Assembly (NCBI GenBank): GCA_043228905.1
Contig: JBHGNT010000005.1
Span: 9,424,001-9,488,000, forward strand
DNA: 64,000 nt
Source: Azolla caroliniana
Taxonomy: Eukaryota; Plantae; Polypodiophyta
Direction: 5' to 3'
Below, in pieces: positions 12,170 through 24,362 of the stretch (the stretch's first letter is position 1; the number at the start of each line of letters is the position of its first letter). Under the pieces are notes generated by a model. That model did not search any database and was not told the DNA's origin. It saw nothing but the letters and a program-made list of their open reading frames with translations. Made by a program: the position numbers and the translations under genes.

Positions 12170-14657
12170 TCGGTTGCTTCCGGTGTGTTTCTGAGATGCC
12201 CCAGAAGCCATGAAGCACGACTTCCTACGCTCCGTCGCCCCCTAGTCCAAGACCCCCGTGGTCCCGCCTTTCTCCACGCACGCGCGTAACAACGCGACAG
12301 CGTATTAATCCGGTCGGCCGTACTGAGCTAGTGTCCGCCATCCGAAACCAAAATGGACACGGTTCCCAGTCCTAGATTCCTAGCGTGTTACACGTTCGGA
12401 GGCTGATCACGTTCACGCCGGATCCTCCATCGATAATCGTGCCGGGTAGCTCTTTTCCCTTCACGATGGTTGTGATTGCTGGACTGCTTGTGTCCACCAC
12501 TACCGGTCCTTCCTCCGGATTTGAAAAGAATGCCGGAGCCGGTGGTGTGTCAGCTGTCGTCCTTCCGGTCTTCAGTCCTTCCGTGAACCGTGGTACCAGT
12601 TGCAATAGCCGTCCTAATGGCAATGTGATTTGGCATTCTTGTAATGATTGCCATGTTGGGTTTTCGGGTTGCCCCGTGCCGATGAGCTCTTCGGCATTCT
12701 CCTTTTGTTGTTCGAGCTCAACCGCATTCCATTCATTTGCCTTCTTCACCCATTCGGTTGCTTGCTTCCGGATGACTTCTTGAGTTTCCCACTCCGTGGC
12801 TTTACCTTTTGACCTTGTAGTGACTTGTTGTAGGTCCGTGACTTCCGCGTCTACCATGTTCACTGCTGGTCGCTTGTCGTAGCTCTTCGCCGGACATTGA
12901 TTACTATAGTGGCCCTCTTGCCGGCAATAATAGCAGTAAGGCTTCCGTGCGTTGCTGGATTCGGCGTGTGTGCTTGGTGGTGGACCAGGGGCAAGTGCTT
13001 GGTTTTGGTCTGGTTGGCTGCTCGGAGCCCCCTTTTCCGGTTCTCGTGGATGACCCCCCTTTTTGTTGAAATGACGTTTCTTATTGAAATTCTTTTTGTT
13101 GCGGTATCCTTGCCGGGGCTGGTCGTCATCCTTGCCATAGTCGTCCCGTCGGTGGTTGTAACCAGGGGAATGATCCCGGTTATATCTTTCATACCGTCCA
13201 TTATAGTCCCGATATCTATCCTGTCTATCATACCGGTCATACGCGTCTCTTCGGTCGCTATACCAGACATCTTGTGCCGGCCGGTAGCGCTCCTCTCGCC
13301 GCCAACGTTCTTCTTCTTCCTCCCGGTTGCTCCGTGGTTCAATTTGCCGAACCGGTGGTGCTTGTCGATTTAACAAGTTATACTCACACCGTTCCATTGT
13401 GTGACTTCTGGAGTGGCAGAGCAAGCATTGGGCACGCATGGTGCATTCCAGCGCCGAATGTCCGGCATTCAGGCATATCGTACATTGAACTACTTGTCGG
13501 AAACGGAGGTCCTCTTCCGTCGGCAGCGTACGCTGCAGTGCGCCCATAGTTAGCCATGAACTCGAGTTTTCCATTTCCTAAACTCGGTCAGTCACTTGAT
13601 CTATGCTGCTGGTGCGGAAATCGATGACGATGCACACCGTCCATAAGGGTTCCCGAAGTGCTACTAAGAATATGGCCTTTGTTTCTTCCTCCGGAGGTGT
13701 CCGGCTGAGCTGACTGTGTATCCGTTGGAACCAGATGACAAACTGTTGGATGTTCTCTGTTGGTTCCTGCCGGATACTGTAAAATAACCCAACCAATTCC
13801 CATTGGTCCATCTCCTTGTGGAAGAAATGCAAGAATTTTGTCTTTAATGTTTCAAACGTGGGGATGGTGCTGGGATCCTGTGTTCGGTGCCATTTGGCGG
13901 CCGGTCCCTCCAAGGTCATGCCGAACTCTGCCCGTTTTGAGCGTTCCTCTTCGGCTGCATTTAAGCGTTGGGACACATGGTTCGCTTCCCAGGTCTGCTG
14001 AAACGCATGGACGTGGGCTTCCGCATCCGGATCATCCCGATATCTGGGATATTGGAACGGCATGTCGTCGTCCGGTGTCGGTACATGGGTTGGTGGTGTC
14101 GGTGGTCGTTCCTCCTCTGGTGGTGTTGAAGGTTTTCCCTGGTCTTCTGTCGGCGTCAGAGGTCTTTCCTGCTCCTCTTGTGGTGTCGGAGGCTTCTCCT
14201 CCTCGACTTCCGGTGTCGGAGGTCTCTCGTCGTCGACTTTGGTACCAGAGTTTCCAGCCTTGTCGATTCGGGTTCTGGTGTCGGCAAAGTATCCGACTCC
14301 TCGTCCTCTGGTCCACCTGGGGTGTCGTTATTGTTGCGGTAGTTCGTCTGCGCGCTGTATTCCTTGTCCGAACTTGATTCAAATGCCAAAAATGCTTCGG
14401 ATTCACCTTCCCTCGCTGCCAATGCCTGGAGAAGGGATTCTGCTTCCTGGAGGCTGCTTAGGCTGCTTCCTTCGTCCGGGTAGGCGTTTTGTGGTAGCCG
14501 AAGTGATTCCTTGGCCACTCTCCGGATCACTTTCGAAAGTGAGCGATCCGCTCTGATTTCTTCTGCCGCTTGCTGGAAAGCCTATGGCTTCCTCAGCTGT
14601 TCAGCAAGTCGCCTTGCTCGCTCCGTAACCGGGTCGTTCATTGGTCGCGTCATCCAT
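8114..14657 (-). pseudogene. B gag-pol polyprotein, interrupted in the protease region by a solo LTR (start approximate)
   Basis: ORFs 13578-14063, 12372-13574, 8591-11506 (971 aa); removing 11520-12303 restores RPTGLIRDLEVTIEG. Confidence 0.9.
11520..12299. mobile_element. Solo LTR (780 bp) with 4-bp TSD GCGT
   Basis: TGTCGTG...CGCGACA termini; GCGT at 11516-11519 and 12300-12303; excision restores the host reading frame. Confidence 0.88.
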
Positions 14658-14690
14658 TCTCGCTAGTGTTCGCTGCGATTGTGTAGGAAT

Positions 14691-14701
14691 CGTGGTCGCC
14701 A
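14691..14701 (-). other. B PBS, tRNA-Arg-like
   Basis: TGGCGACCAC 7 nt inside the LTR; fits the 3' end of plant tRNA-Arg(UCG) as recalled, not searched. Confidence 0.7.
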
Positions 14702-14708
14702 AAAACTA

Positions 14709-15153
14709 TGTTAATCCTTAGGGCCGGACAATGGCCTAACACAGGGTGTCTCCGGAAGACACTTCACCAAAGAGGTGTTACGGCGAGATAACTTAAGACA
14801 CAACAATTTCTTCGACTTAATTAGCTACTTAGCAATAAGGCATACACTTAATTCACGCGTAAGATATAACAATTAATTCAGAATGGTAATCAATACGTGA
14901 AGATAAAACAAGAAGCTTATATTAATTCTCCGTTAAAGTTATACATTGTAACCGGGCCTTTATATAGGTCACTGGTGCTGCGTACAAAACGGTGCCAACC
15001 GGCACCTGTTCGGAATCGGTCCGGATCCGGATTGGCATACCGATTCCGGTCCGTCCGTTCACTACATAATTATAATCTAATCTACTTAATTAAATATATT
15101 CCGAATAATCCCTTTCACATTCTGGTCTCTGCTCCTTTGCCGGCCGGGTAACA
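14709..15153 (-). repeat. B 5' LTR (445 bp)
   Basis: TG...CA with TGTTA/TAACA inverted ends, adjacent PBS, TATA-like motif near 14960. Confidence 0.8.
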
Positions 15154-15574
15154 GATGCCATGTAGTTCACGTGTATATAGGCCCACAAAAGGACATTAGT
15201 GTGATATCTGAATGTGGAGGGACACATACAACATGTGTGATGAACAAACCTCGACCAAATTCGCGAGAGATGGTGGATGGCGCTATCATATAACGCCTAC
15301 CCCAAAAACTAAAATCATCCCCATCATGAGGCAATGAACATCCAACCCATCCTCCATATTACCTTCAAGCATATGTATGTGACAATGATATAAGGCATAC
15401 AGGAAGTGGATGGTATCCCGATATCTCTATTGTGTGAGTAGTAGGCATGGAATGTAAAAATACTAGCTCTTGTCTTGATTGTGACATCCTACCATGGCTA
15501 AGCTCGTACCAATCAATCAAATCATCCATATCATCATCATCTTCCCCAGACGGTCAATGACAGGTACCTATAGG
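15154..15574 (-). pseudogene. Exon 2 of a decayed gene, ending in a SET-domain-like start; cut by element B
   Basis: Hand translation ...FWGRRYMIAPSTISREFGRGLFITHVVCVPPHSDITLMSFCGPIY; acceptor TAG after a pyrimidine tract at 15575; in-frame stops explicable by C>T. Confidence 0.55.
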
Positions 15575-15921
15575 CTACATTATGTCAAGAGAAAAAAGAG
15601 TTGCCCAATTATAAAATAAAAAACTATAAAATAATTGTTGATGGGTGGGGGGTGGAGCCAAGTACGGCTCCACCCCCCTCCCAATGGGGGGTTCGAATGT
15701 GCAGGGAGAGAGGGAGAGGGACACATAGAGAATGAGAGGGAAAATTGAGACAGGCACAAGTTTGAGGGGTAACTCACTATTCTTCTTCTTTTCATGCCCC
15801 ATGGATGGGGGGTAAATATATAGCACAAGATCAAGACAATACAAAAAGTCAAATGGGGGTAGTTACTCTTGTACACATGCACACAAAAAGCCAAATGTGC
15901 ATGTGTACACACACACACACA

Positions 15922-15974
<53 letters not shown>

Positions 15975-16370
15975 TCACACATTATACATTTCATGTTTAC
16001 ACATTACACCTTATACATTACACCTTAACCCTCTCGTACACCTATACGGGTAACACTTGGCACGCCTATGGGACAATGCATTGCACGTCGAACCCACATG
16101 CCCATGCCAAAATCTCGTTGATGGGAACTCCATTGGTTTTCTCTTCTCTCATTGGTCGGAAATCCCTCGACTGGATCATTGCTCTACGATCAATAACTTC
16201 GATCGGAGCTTGCTTGACACGAACCTTCTCGTTCGGTCAACACATCTCATGATTTGATCACACACCAATCGGCTTGTCCACTTTGGTAAAGTCTTTTAGG
16301 TTTAAAAATGATTTTGGGTGTATGTGTATTTCTTTTTTTCTTCATTGGTGTGAGTGGTGATGAGTTTTTT

Positions 16371-16513
16371 GTACCCTTGAGTTTTCAAATTCTATTTCGT
16401 ACCCTCAGTTTTTGAAATTTTATTGAGTGCCCTTATGAAATTTAGGCATATGCCCTTCAGTTTTTGAAATTCTAATGGGTGCCCTTGAGCTTTTGAAATT
16501 TTTTCGGTGTACC
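16371..16513. repeat. Degenerate ~28-30 bp tandem repeat (GTRCCCT..AGTTTT.GAAATT) inside E
   Basis: 4-5 imperfect units visible. Confidence 0.65.
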
Positions 16514-16685
16514 CCTCTTCTCTTTCTTCTTTCCTTTTTCGATTTCTTCTTCTTGCTTTCTTTCTCTATCAATATCTTCTTTGTCGACGTCGATTCCTTC
16601 ATTCTCTTTTTGTATGTCTTGCTTTCGTCGTTCCCTGTTTTCCTTTTGGTGTGCATGTAGCTTCTTGTTCCTTTTGTTCTTCTTC

Positions 16686-16894
16686 TTTCTCTCCTCTTTG
16701 TTTTTGTGGTTCTTCTTTCTTTCATTTGCTTCTTCTCTTCCAATATGCCCTCTGTCCATTATGGTGGTGGTGGTGACCATTGTCTTCTTCTTTCTCCCCT
16801 CTTTGTTTTCGTGGTTCTTCTTTCTTTCATTTGCTTCTTCTCTTCCAATATGCCCTCTGTCCATTATGGTGGTGGTGGTGACCATTGTCTTCTT
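16686..16894. repeat. ~106-bp tandem duplication inside E
   Basis: ...TTCCAATATGCCCTCTGTCCATTATGGTGGTGGTGGTGACCATTGTCTTCTTC occurs twice. Confidence 0.85.
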
Positions 16895-17630
16895 CCTCCT
16901 CTTTTCATCTTTCTCCTTCTCCTTCTAATTTCTTCTTCACTTCTTCTTGCTTTTTGTTGCTCCCTCTTCTTTGTCTTTCTCTATTTTTGTTGATGTGTTC
17001 GGTCACAGTTTTTTGTTTTAATAATATTTATTATTATTAGTAGGTAGTAATATGAAACAAAACGTTCATTTTGTTTCTTTCTTTAGTAACTATTACCCTT
17101 TCATTATTTCTTGAAAAGGGTAAATGTAAGTTACGTTTTTTAGTGTTTGTGTGTGTAAAGAAAATAAAAAGGGTAAACAAAAACTGTTTTCTTTGAGATG
17201 TATAAGAAGAAGAAAACGAGACAAAAAAATGTGAAGGTGAGAGAGTGAATATTTCACTCATATGTTTGTGACTTAGCTACCATTTCTTTGGATTATTGTA
17301 CCCATCTTTGTTGGTAGTATTTTGCTACATATTTCTACTTTTCTCTAGTGTATCTAGACTCTAGAGCTAGAGCTTGTATTTGTCCCGTATTTGTGTTGTA
17401 TCCTCTTTCTTGATAGTGGATTGTTTTGGACTTTGTCCCGTGTTGTTTCCCTCATTGAGGGTTTTTCCACGTTAAAACTTGTATCATCTATATTGTATCA
17501 TTGTGTGGTCTTTTATTCGATCGTTACCTGATAATAATTGAGCATCAACGTGATGCATGCTACACTCTTACGTGTCTATACCTCAACAAATGGTATCGGA
17601 GCGGAGGTTGTGATTTTTGCTCGATTATAA

Positions 17631-20600
17631 ATGGAGGCAAACACATCAACAATGATTGTTTTAAATGGCACGAACTATCAAAAATGGAAAGGAAAAATGA
17701 AAGATTTGCTTTTCATTAAAAGTTTGCATTTACCTGTGTTTGCGACGAATAAACCTGAAAAGAAAAATGATGAGAGTGGTGTTTTGAAAATGAACATGTA
17801 TGTGGTTTCATTCGTCAATGGGTAGGAGATAATGTCTTGAATCATGTTGTGAATGAAACAAATGCAAAGATGTTGTGGAATAAATTAGAAACCTTATATG
17901 CTTCTAGAACTGGTAACAATAAGTTGTTTTTACTTAAACAAGCGATGCATTTGACTTATAAAGAAAATAACTCTGTTTTTTATCATTGAAATGAATTTCA
18001 AGGTTGTTTTGATCAATTGTATATTATGGGTATAAATTTTGAAGAAGTTCTTTCTTTATGGTTGATAAATACTCTTCCCTGGTCATGGGAAATGTTTAGG
18101 GTTACTCTAGCTAATGCGGCTCCTAAGGGAGGTGTGACAATGGAATATGTGAAGAGTGGAATTCTAAATGAGGAAATGTGACGGAGAACGCAAGGAACAA
18201 CATACTCAGAAGCTTTGGTTGCTGAAAATAGAGGAAGAAGCCAAAACAGAAGTGATGGCCGAAACAACAATGGTAGAAGTAGACGTAAGTCAAGGTCTAA
18301 ATATAAATATTTAGTTTGTCATTTTTGTGGTAAGACAAGTCACATAAAGAAATATTGCTTCAAATGGAAGAAGGGGAATAAAGCATCGAACTACATGAAA
18401 GGCAAGAAGAATGTATTTATGATAATATTGATTCTGTTAATGCTGCTTCCTTTAATGATTTACTTGTTGTATGTAATAGTTACAATGAAATTAACATAAG
18501 TACCCATGAAACCACTTGGGTTCTTGATAATGATGCCTCCCACCATGTTACATCTAGAAATGATTTTTTCTCATCTTACACTCCCGGTGACTATGGTGTT
18601 GTGAAGATGAGGAATGATGGATTCACAAAGGTAATCGGCATAGGAACCATTTGCTTGCAAACCAACACGGGATTTAAGTTGATTCTATATCAAGTACGAC
18701 ACGTGCCCGATATTAGAATGGATCTAATCTCCACATGTACATTAGATGAAGAGGGCTATAGCCATGCGTCTCAAAATGGTAAGTGGAAAATCTGTAAGGG
18801 TTCTTTGATTGTTGCTAAAACTAATAAATGTTGTCACAATGGTTTATATCTTTTGCAAGCTTCTATCTCCATTGACTTTGTCAATGCAGTTGAGAATCCA
18901 GATGTTTCAAAATTCTGGCATAAGATATTGTCCCATATTAGTGAAAGGGGAGTTGACTTTCTAGGTAAGAAGAACGTACTTCCAGGTTTAAAAGATGTGA
19001 AATTAGATACATGTGATCATTGTTTGGCAAGGAAGGCTAAAAGGGTTTCCTTTAAGCATTCTTCTCTTTGACAAGAAAGTGTACTCGAGCTAGTGCATTC
19101 CGATGTGTGTGGATCCTTCAAGGTAAGGTCAATAGGTGGAGCACTTTATTTTGTTACTTTCATTGATGATCATTCTAGGAAGCTTTGGGTTTGAATGTTG
19201 AAGTAAAAAAATCAAGTATTTGATGTTTTTAAAGAGTTTCATGTTTCTGTTGAGAGAGAGACAAGGAAGAAACTAAAATGTATTTGCACTAATAATGGTG
19301 GCGAATACTGTGGACCTTTTGATGCATATTGCCGAGAGCAAGGTATCAAGCATCAAAGAACCCCTCCAAAGACTCCCCAATTAAATGGTTTGGTTGAAAG
19401 AATGAATAGAACCCTAGTTGAAAGAGTTAGGTGCTTACTCTCAGATGCGAAGTTACCCAAATCATTTTGGGGTGAGGCTTTGAATATTGTTGCACATATA
19501 ATTAATCTTTCTCCTACTACTACATTGCAAGGTGATGTAGCAAATAGAGTGTGGTATGGTAGGGATGTCTCTTATGATTACTTACATGTGTTAGGGTGTA
19601 AATGTTTTGTACATATACCCAAGGATGAAAGATCGAAGTTAGATGCTAAATCTAAACAATGCATTTTTATTGGATATGGTCAAGATGATTTTGGTTATAG
19701 GTGTTACGATCCTGTGGGAAAGAAGCTTATCAGGAGTCGTGATGTAGTGTTCATCGAGGACCAAACCATTGAGGATATTGACAATGTGGAAATGTCAAGT
19801 TCCTCTTTAGATTGTGATCTGGTAGACGTTGACCCAATTCCTATGGCGGATGATGATACACATGAGAGTGTTTCACAACAAGAGGAGCAACATGTGGATG
19901 TTGGTGAGCCATTGATTGTAGATGATACTAGCTATGATGTTGTTTTGCCAAAGACAAGTCTTGAGTGGGGGGAGCAACTTCCATTACAAGAGATGGAAAA
20001 TCAATCTATAAGGAGATCTACGAGGTATGCTACTTCTGAATATGTTTTACTCACTAATGAAGGTGAGCTGGAAAGTTTTCATGATGTGCAAAGTTCACAC
20101 TCTTAACGATAAAGATAGTTGGTTAGAGGCCATGCATGAAGAAATTAATTCTTTGAAAAAGAATAACACATTTGAGCTAGTTAACCTTCCTAAGGTTAGG
20201 AAAGCTTTGAAAAATAAGTGGGTGTTTAAGTTAAAAAGGGGTGATGATAACTTTATTAAATATAAAGCTCGTTTAGTGGTGAAAGGATATAGTCAAAAGA
20301 AAGGAATTGATTTTGTTACGAGTTGTGTTAGGTTTGGTAGCTAGCTTCAACCTTGAACTTGAACAACTAGATGTGAAAATCACGTTTTTACATGGTGACT
20401 ATCATGAATACATAAACATCATGGCTTCACCTAGGCTTGAACCCAAGACTTATAATACATAATCAAGAACCTAACCATTAAGATAGCCTATGACCATTTG
20501 AAATGATAAAAGCTACTTCTTGTAATACATTGATTATTGTAAATACTCTAGAACATTCTAGAATATTCTAGAACATCTTAGAATATTCTAGGTCTAGAAT

Positions 20601-22034
20601 ACTCTAGAACATTATAGAAATCTCTAGGCTATTCTATAAGAACCCATAAATATAAACATACAATTCTTCTCAAACCAATTAGAATCAATGCCAGTCTTAA
20701 GCTCTCATTGCCTATCTTGTATCCATTCTCATTCTATCTTAATACATTCATTCTTCTCTTATCACTTCATTCCACTCTTCTTGTGATCTATTTACATCTT
20801 TCTTCCACCACTCTATCTTTTCTCTTGGTTTTGACAATGACCTAAACGAGGAAATATACATGGAACAACCGGAGGGTTTTGAAGAGAAAGGGAAAGAAGA
20901 TTTGGTATATAGGTTGAAAAAGAGTCTCTAAGGCTTAAAACAAGCACCGCGCCAATGGTATAAAAAGTTTGATTCTTTTATGGTGAGTCAAGGTTATGAA
21001 AAGACTAATGCCGACCATTGTGTGTATGTTAAACAATTTGAGGTTGGTAATTTTATTATACTTCTTTTGTACGTTGATGATATGCTAATTGTTGGACAAG
21101 ATTTAAAATATGATTAATAGGTTAAAAGTGGAGTTATCTAAGGCTTTTGACATGAAAGATTTAGGGCCTGCTAAGCACATTTTAGGTATGCAAATAACTC
21201 GTGATAGAGAATCAAAGAAGTTGTGGCTTTCACAAGAAACGTACATAGAAAGAATCCTCAAGAGAGCAACATGTAACATGCGAAACCACTAAGTACTCCT
21301 CTTGTCACTCACTTTAAATTGAGTAGGAAATGTTGACCAATTACCAAGGAGGAAAAGGATGAGATGTCTTCGATTCCCTATGCCTCGGCGGTTGGATCGT
21401 TAATATATGCTATGGTTAGCACACAACTAGATATTGCACACGTAGTTGGTACAATGAGTAGGTAGCTCTCTAACCCTGGTAAATCTCATCGGAATGTTGT
21501 AAAATGGATTCTAAGGTATTTGAGAGGTGCATCTAAATTGTGCATTTGTTTTGGAGGTTTTAAACCAATCCTTGAATGCTTTACAAATGCAGACATGGTT
21601 GGAGATCTTGATGGTAGGAAATCTACATTCGCCTTCTTATTTACTTTTGTAGGGGGAGCTATATCATGGCAATCCAAATTGCAAAAGTGTGTAGCCTTGT
21701 CCACTACGGAAGCTGAATACATTGCAACAATTGAGGCTAGCAAATAAATGCTTTGGATGAAAAGGTTTATTCTAGAATTAGGTTTGATTCAATCAACTTA
21801 TGTGGTTTTTTGTGATAGTCAAAGTGCAATGGATCTAAGCAAGAACTCAATGTATCATTCACAGACAAAACACATCGATGTTCTATATCATTGATTACGA
21901 TTGGCAATCGAGGAGCAAATGTTGCAGCTCGAGAAAGCTCATATTGACGACAATGCTCCTGATATGCTAACAAATGTGGTTCCAAGGGAGAAGCTTGAGC
22001 TATGTGCCAAGCTTGCCGGAATGGAGATGAATTG
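17631..22034 (+). pseudogene. F gag-pol
   Basis: Fragments 17631-17825, 18215-18499 (CCHC), 18601-19071, 19390-20106, 20027-20344, 21110-21292, 21520-21747. Confidence 0.9.
20400..20836 (+). mobile_element. Solo LTR L, related to the chromovirus G LTR, inserted in the F RT
   Basis: TATCATGAA...TTGACA; TSD GTGAC/ATGAC; splits FLHGD|LNEEIYMEQPEGF; colinear with 57694-58140. Confidence 0.88.
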
Positions 22035-24173
22035 AGACACAATCAATCTTCTCCTTGTGTGACCTGAGGGGGAGATTTTTGAAGTGTCCGGTCATAGTCT
22101 TTTGTTTTTTGTTTTAATAATATTTATTATTATTAGCGGGTAGTAATATGAAACAAAACGAACATTTTGTTTCTTTCTTTAGTAACTATTACCCTTTCAT
22201 TATTTCTTGAAAAGGGTAAATGTAAGTTGCATTTTTTAGTGTTTGTGTGTGTGTAAAGGAAATAAAGAGGGCAAACAAAACAAAACCATTGTTTTCTTTG
22301 AGATGTTTAAGAAGAAGAAAATGAGACAGAAAAATGTGAAGGTGAGAGAGTGAAAAGAGAGAACAAAAAACAACAAGTTTGGTGCTCAACTCTTCTACCT
22401 TCCAACTCCACTATTCAACGGGAGATCAACACTCTTACTACTTTGACTTGTGGGCTTTATCATTCGGGTTTTATTCTCTCTTCTGTTTCACTCATATGTT
22501 TGTGAATTAGCTATCATTTCTTAGGATTATTGTACCCATCTTTGTCAGTAGTATTTTGCTACATATCTCTACTTTCCTCTAGTGTATCTAGAGTTAGAGC
22601 TTGTATTTGTCCCGTATTTGTGTTGTATCCTCTTTCTTGATAGTGGATTGTTTTGGACTTTGTCCCGTGCTTATTTCCCTCATTGAGGGTTTTTCCACGT
22701 TAAAAACTTGTGTCATCTATATTGTATCATTGTGTGTGTTTTTGTGTGGCCTTTTATTCGATTTTTTCCTCATAATAATCGAGCATAAACGTGACACGTG
22801 TTACACTCTTATGTGTCTATACCTCAACAATTTCTTCTTATTTTTGTTGTCATCATCTTCCTTCTGTTTCCCCTTCTTCCTTCTCACCTTGTTTGTCTTT
22901 TCCTTCTTCTGTTTCTTCTTTCCCTCTTCTTTCTCTTCGTGTTTCTCCTCTTACTTCCTCATTTTCTAGCTCTTCTTTTATGGGTCTTCTTGTGGTATTT
23001 CTCAGACTATCGACCTCTCCGTCGGCTGTCGTCTTTGGTCGTTGTTGTCTGGTGGCCGGTACTGTCCGCTGGCTATTCGGCCGCGTCTCGACTATCTCTC
23101 AGTCATCGATCTCAGCTGTCTCTCGGCGCTTGGCCGACTCTCGACCCTCAGATGTCTCTTGCCCGTCACTCGACTGTCCAACTTTATCTATCCGACAGTT
23201 TGTTGGACGCCAATTGTCTTTCTTTGACTTTCATAGTTCTAAGCAATAAATATTTGAACATGCTCTTAAATCCATTTTCATGAGTTGGAAAAGATTACAA
23301 TACTTCCTCTTCACAACTTCTATTTCTCCATTGCGATTCATGCCCATGACTGTGTCTAGCTGCTTTCTGAAAGCCTCCATGTTTAACTTGGAGATCCACA
23401 ATACGGAGAGAAGAAGGCTGAAGACGCACACATAGAAACATAGACATACACTTAGACATAGAGAGGTGAAGACATAGAGAGGAACTCTGGGTGGCTAGGG
23501 TTTTTGGCAGAGAGAGTGAGGAAAAGGGGGGGGGGTTGAAAGGCCCTATCCATCAGGCCTTGGATACATTAGAAATAGAAGCAGGAGAAATCGCCATTGC
23601 CATCACATATTGGTTCTCACACAGACTGTCCACACACACACCACTCTCTAACACAAAGACACAAACACGAGGAGAGGGAGAGAGTGAGATTAATGATGGA
23701 GAGGGAGTAAGGGAGGGAGAGTGTATCTTGCAGATACATACATAGAGAGAGAGTCTAGACTTCTTCTAAAGGGAGGGTTGACCGTTCGGGCATGCCAAGT
23801 GTTGATGGGTGGGGGGTGGAACCAAGAATGGCTCCTTGGCTCCACCCCCCTCCCAAGGTGGGTTTGAATAGGTGGGGAGAGAGGGAGAGAGACACATAGA
23901 GAATGTGAGGGAAAATCGAGACATGCACAAGTTTGAGGGATAACTCACTATTCTTCTTCTGTTCATGCCCCATGGGTGGGGGGTTTATATAGTACAAGAT
24001 CAAAATAGTACGAAAAGCCAAATGGGGGTAGTTACACCTACTTACCCTACTCTTGTACACATGCACACAAAAAACCAAATGTGCACGTGTACACACACAC
24101 TCTTCCTCACACATTACAGATTACACCTTAACCCTCTCGTACACCTATACGAGTAACAATAATTTATATTTAT

Positions 24174-24362
24174 GGCAGGGTAACGACCACCTCGCATTTG
24201 TGGTGGTGGTATTTGAGGGTAAACTCCATTTTGATGCACCTAACCATGAACTTGGATTCACGACCGGTTTATTGTGCCTTTACATAAAGTACACCAACAC
24301 ATGATCATTTCCGATTGGGAAACATGCATCTGATCTCAAGGGTTTGAATTTGATTCATCCAT
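24174..24362 (-). pseudogene. Exon 1 of the decayed gene: CxCxxC motif resembling the CACTA transposase-associated domain
   Basis: MDESNSNP*DQMHVSQSEMIMCWCTLCKGTINRS*IQVHG*VHQNGVYPQIPPPQMRGGRYPA; joins exon 2 in phase 0 across a ~71-nt intron once E is removed (donor GT appears mutated to AT). Confidence 0.5.

Larger units (their letters stand above)
5385..15153 (-). mobile_element. Element B: Athila/OTA-like non-chromovirus Ty3/gypsy, 3' end deleted
   Basis: 5' LTR 14709-15153 (TGTTA...TAACA); PBS TGGCGACCAC; gag with three CCHC knuckles; PR (IIDGGSGVN), RT (FLDDF), RH, INT; no chromodomain or extra RNase H seen; extra sense ORF downstream. Confidence 0.9.
16988..22829 (+). mobile_element. 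Element F: degenerate Tork/Tnt1-like Ty1/copia
   Basis: LTRs 16988-17588 and 22077-22829; PBS TGGTATCGGAGC 17591-17602; PPT GAGGGGGAGA; TSD ATTTT/ATTTC; gag [21 protein letters not shown] (YVDDML), RH fragments. Confidence 0.92.
15636..24158 (-). mobile_element. Element E: non-autonomous LTR element related to D, hosting copia F
   Basis: LTRs 15636-16055 and 23800-24158; perfect TSD ATAAT; no gag/pol; ~40 bp next to the left LTR homologous to D; minus-strand TATATAAA near 23985-23992. Confidence 0.88.
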
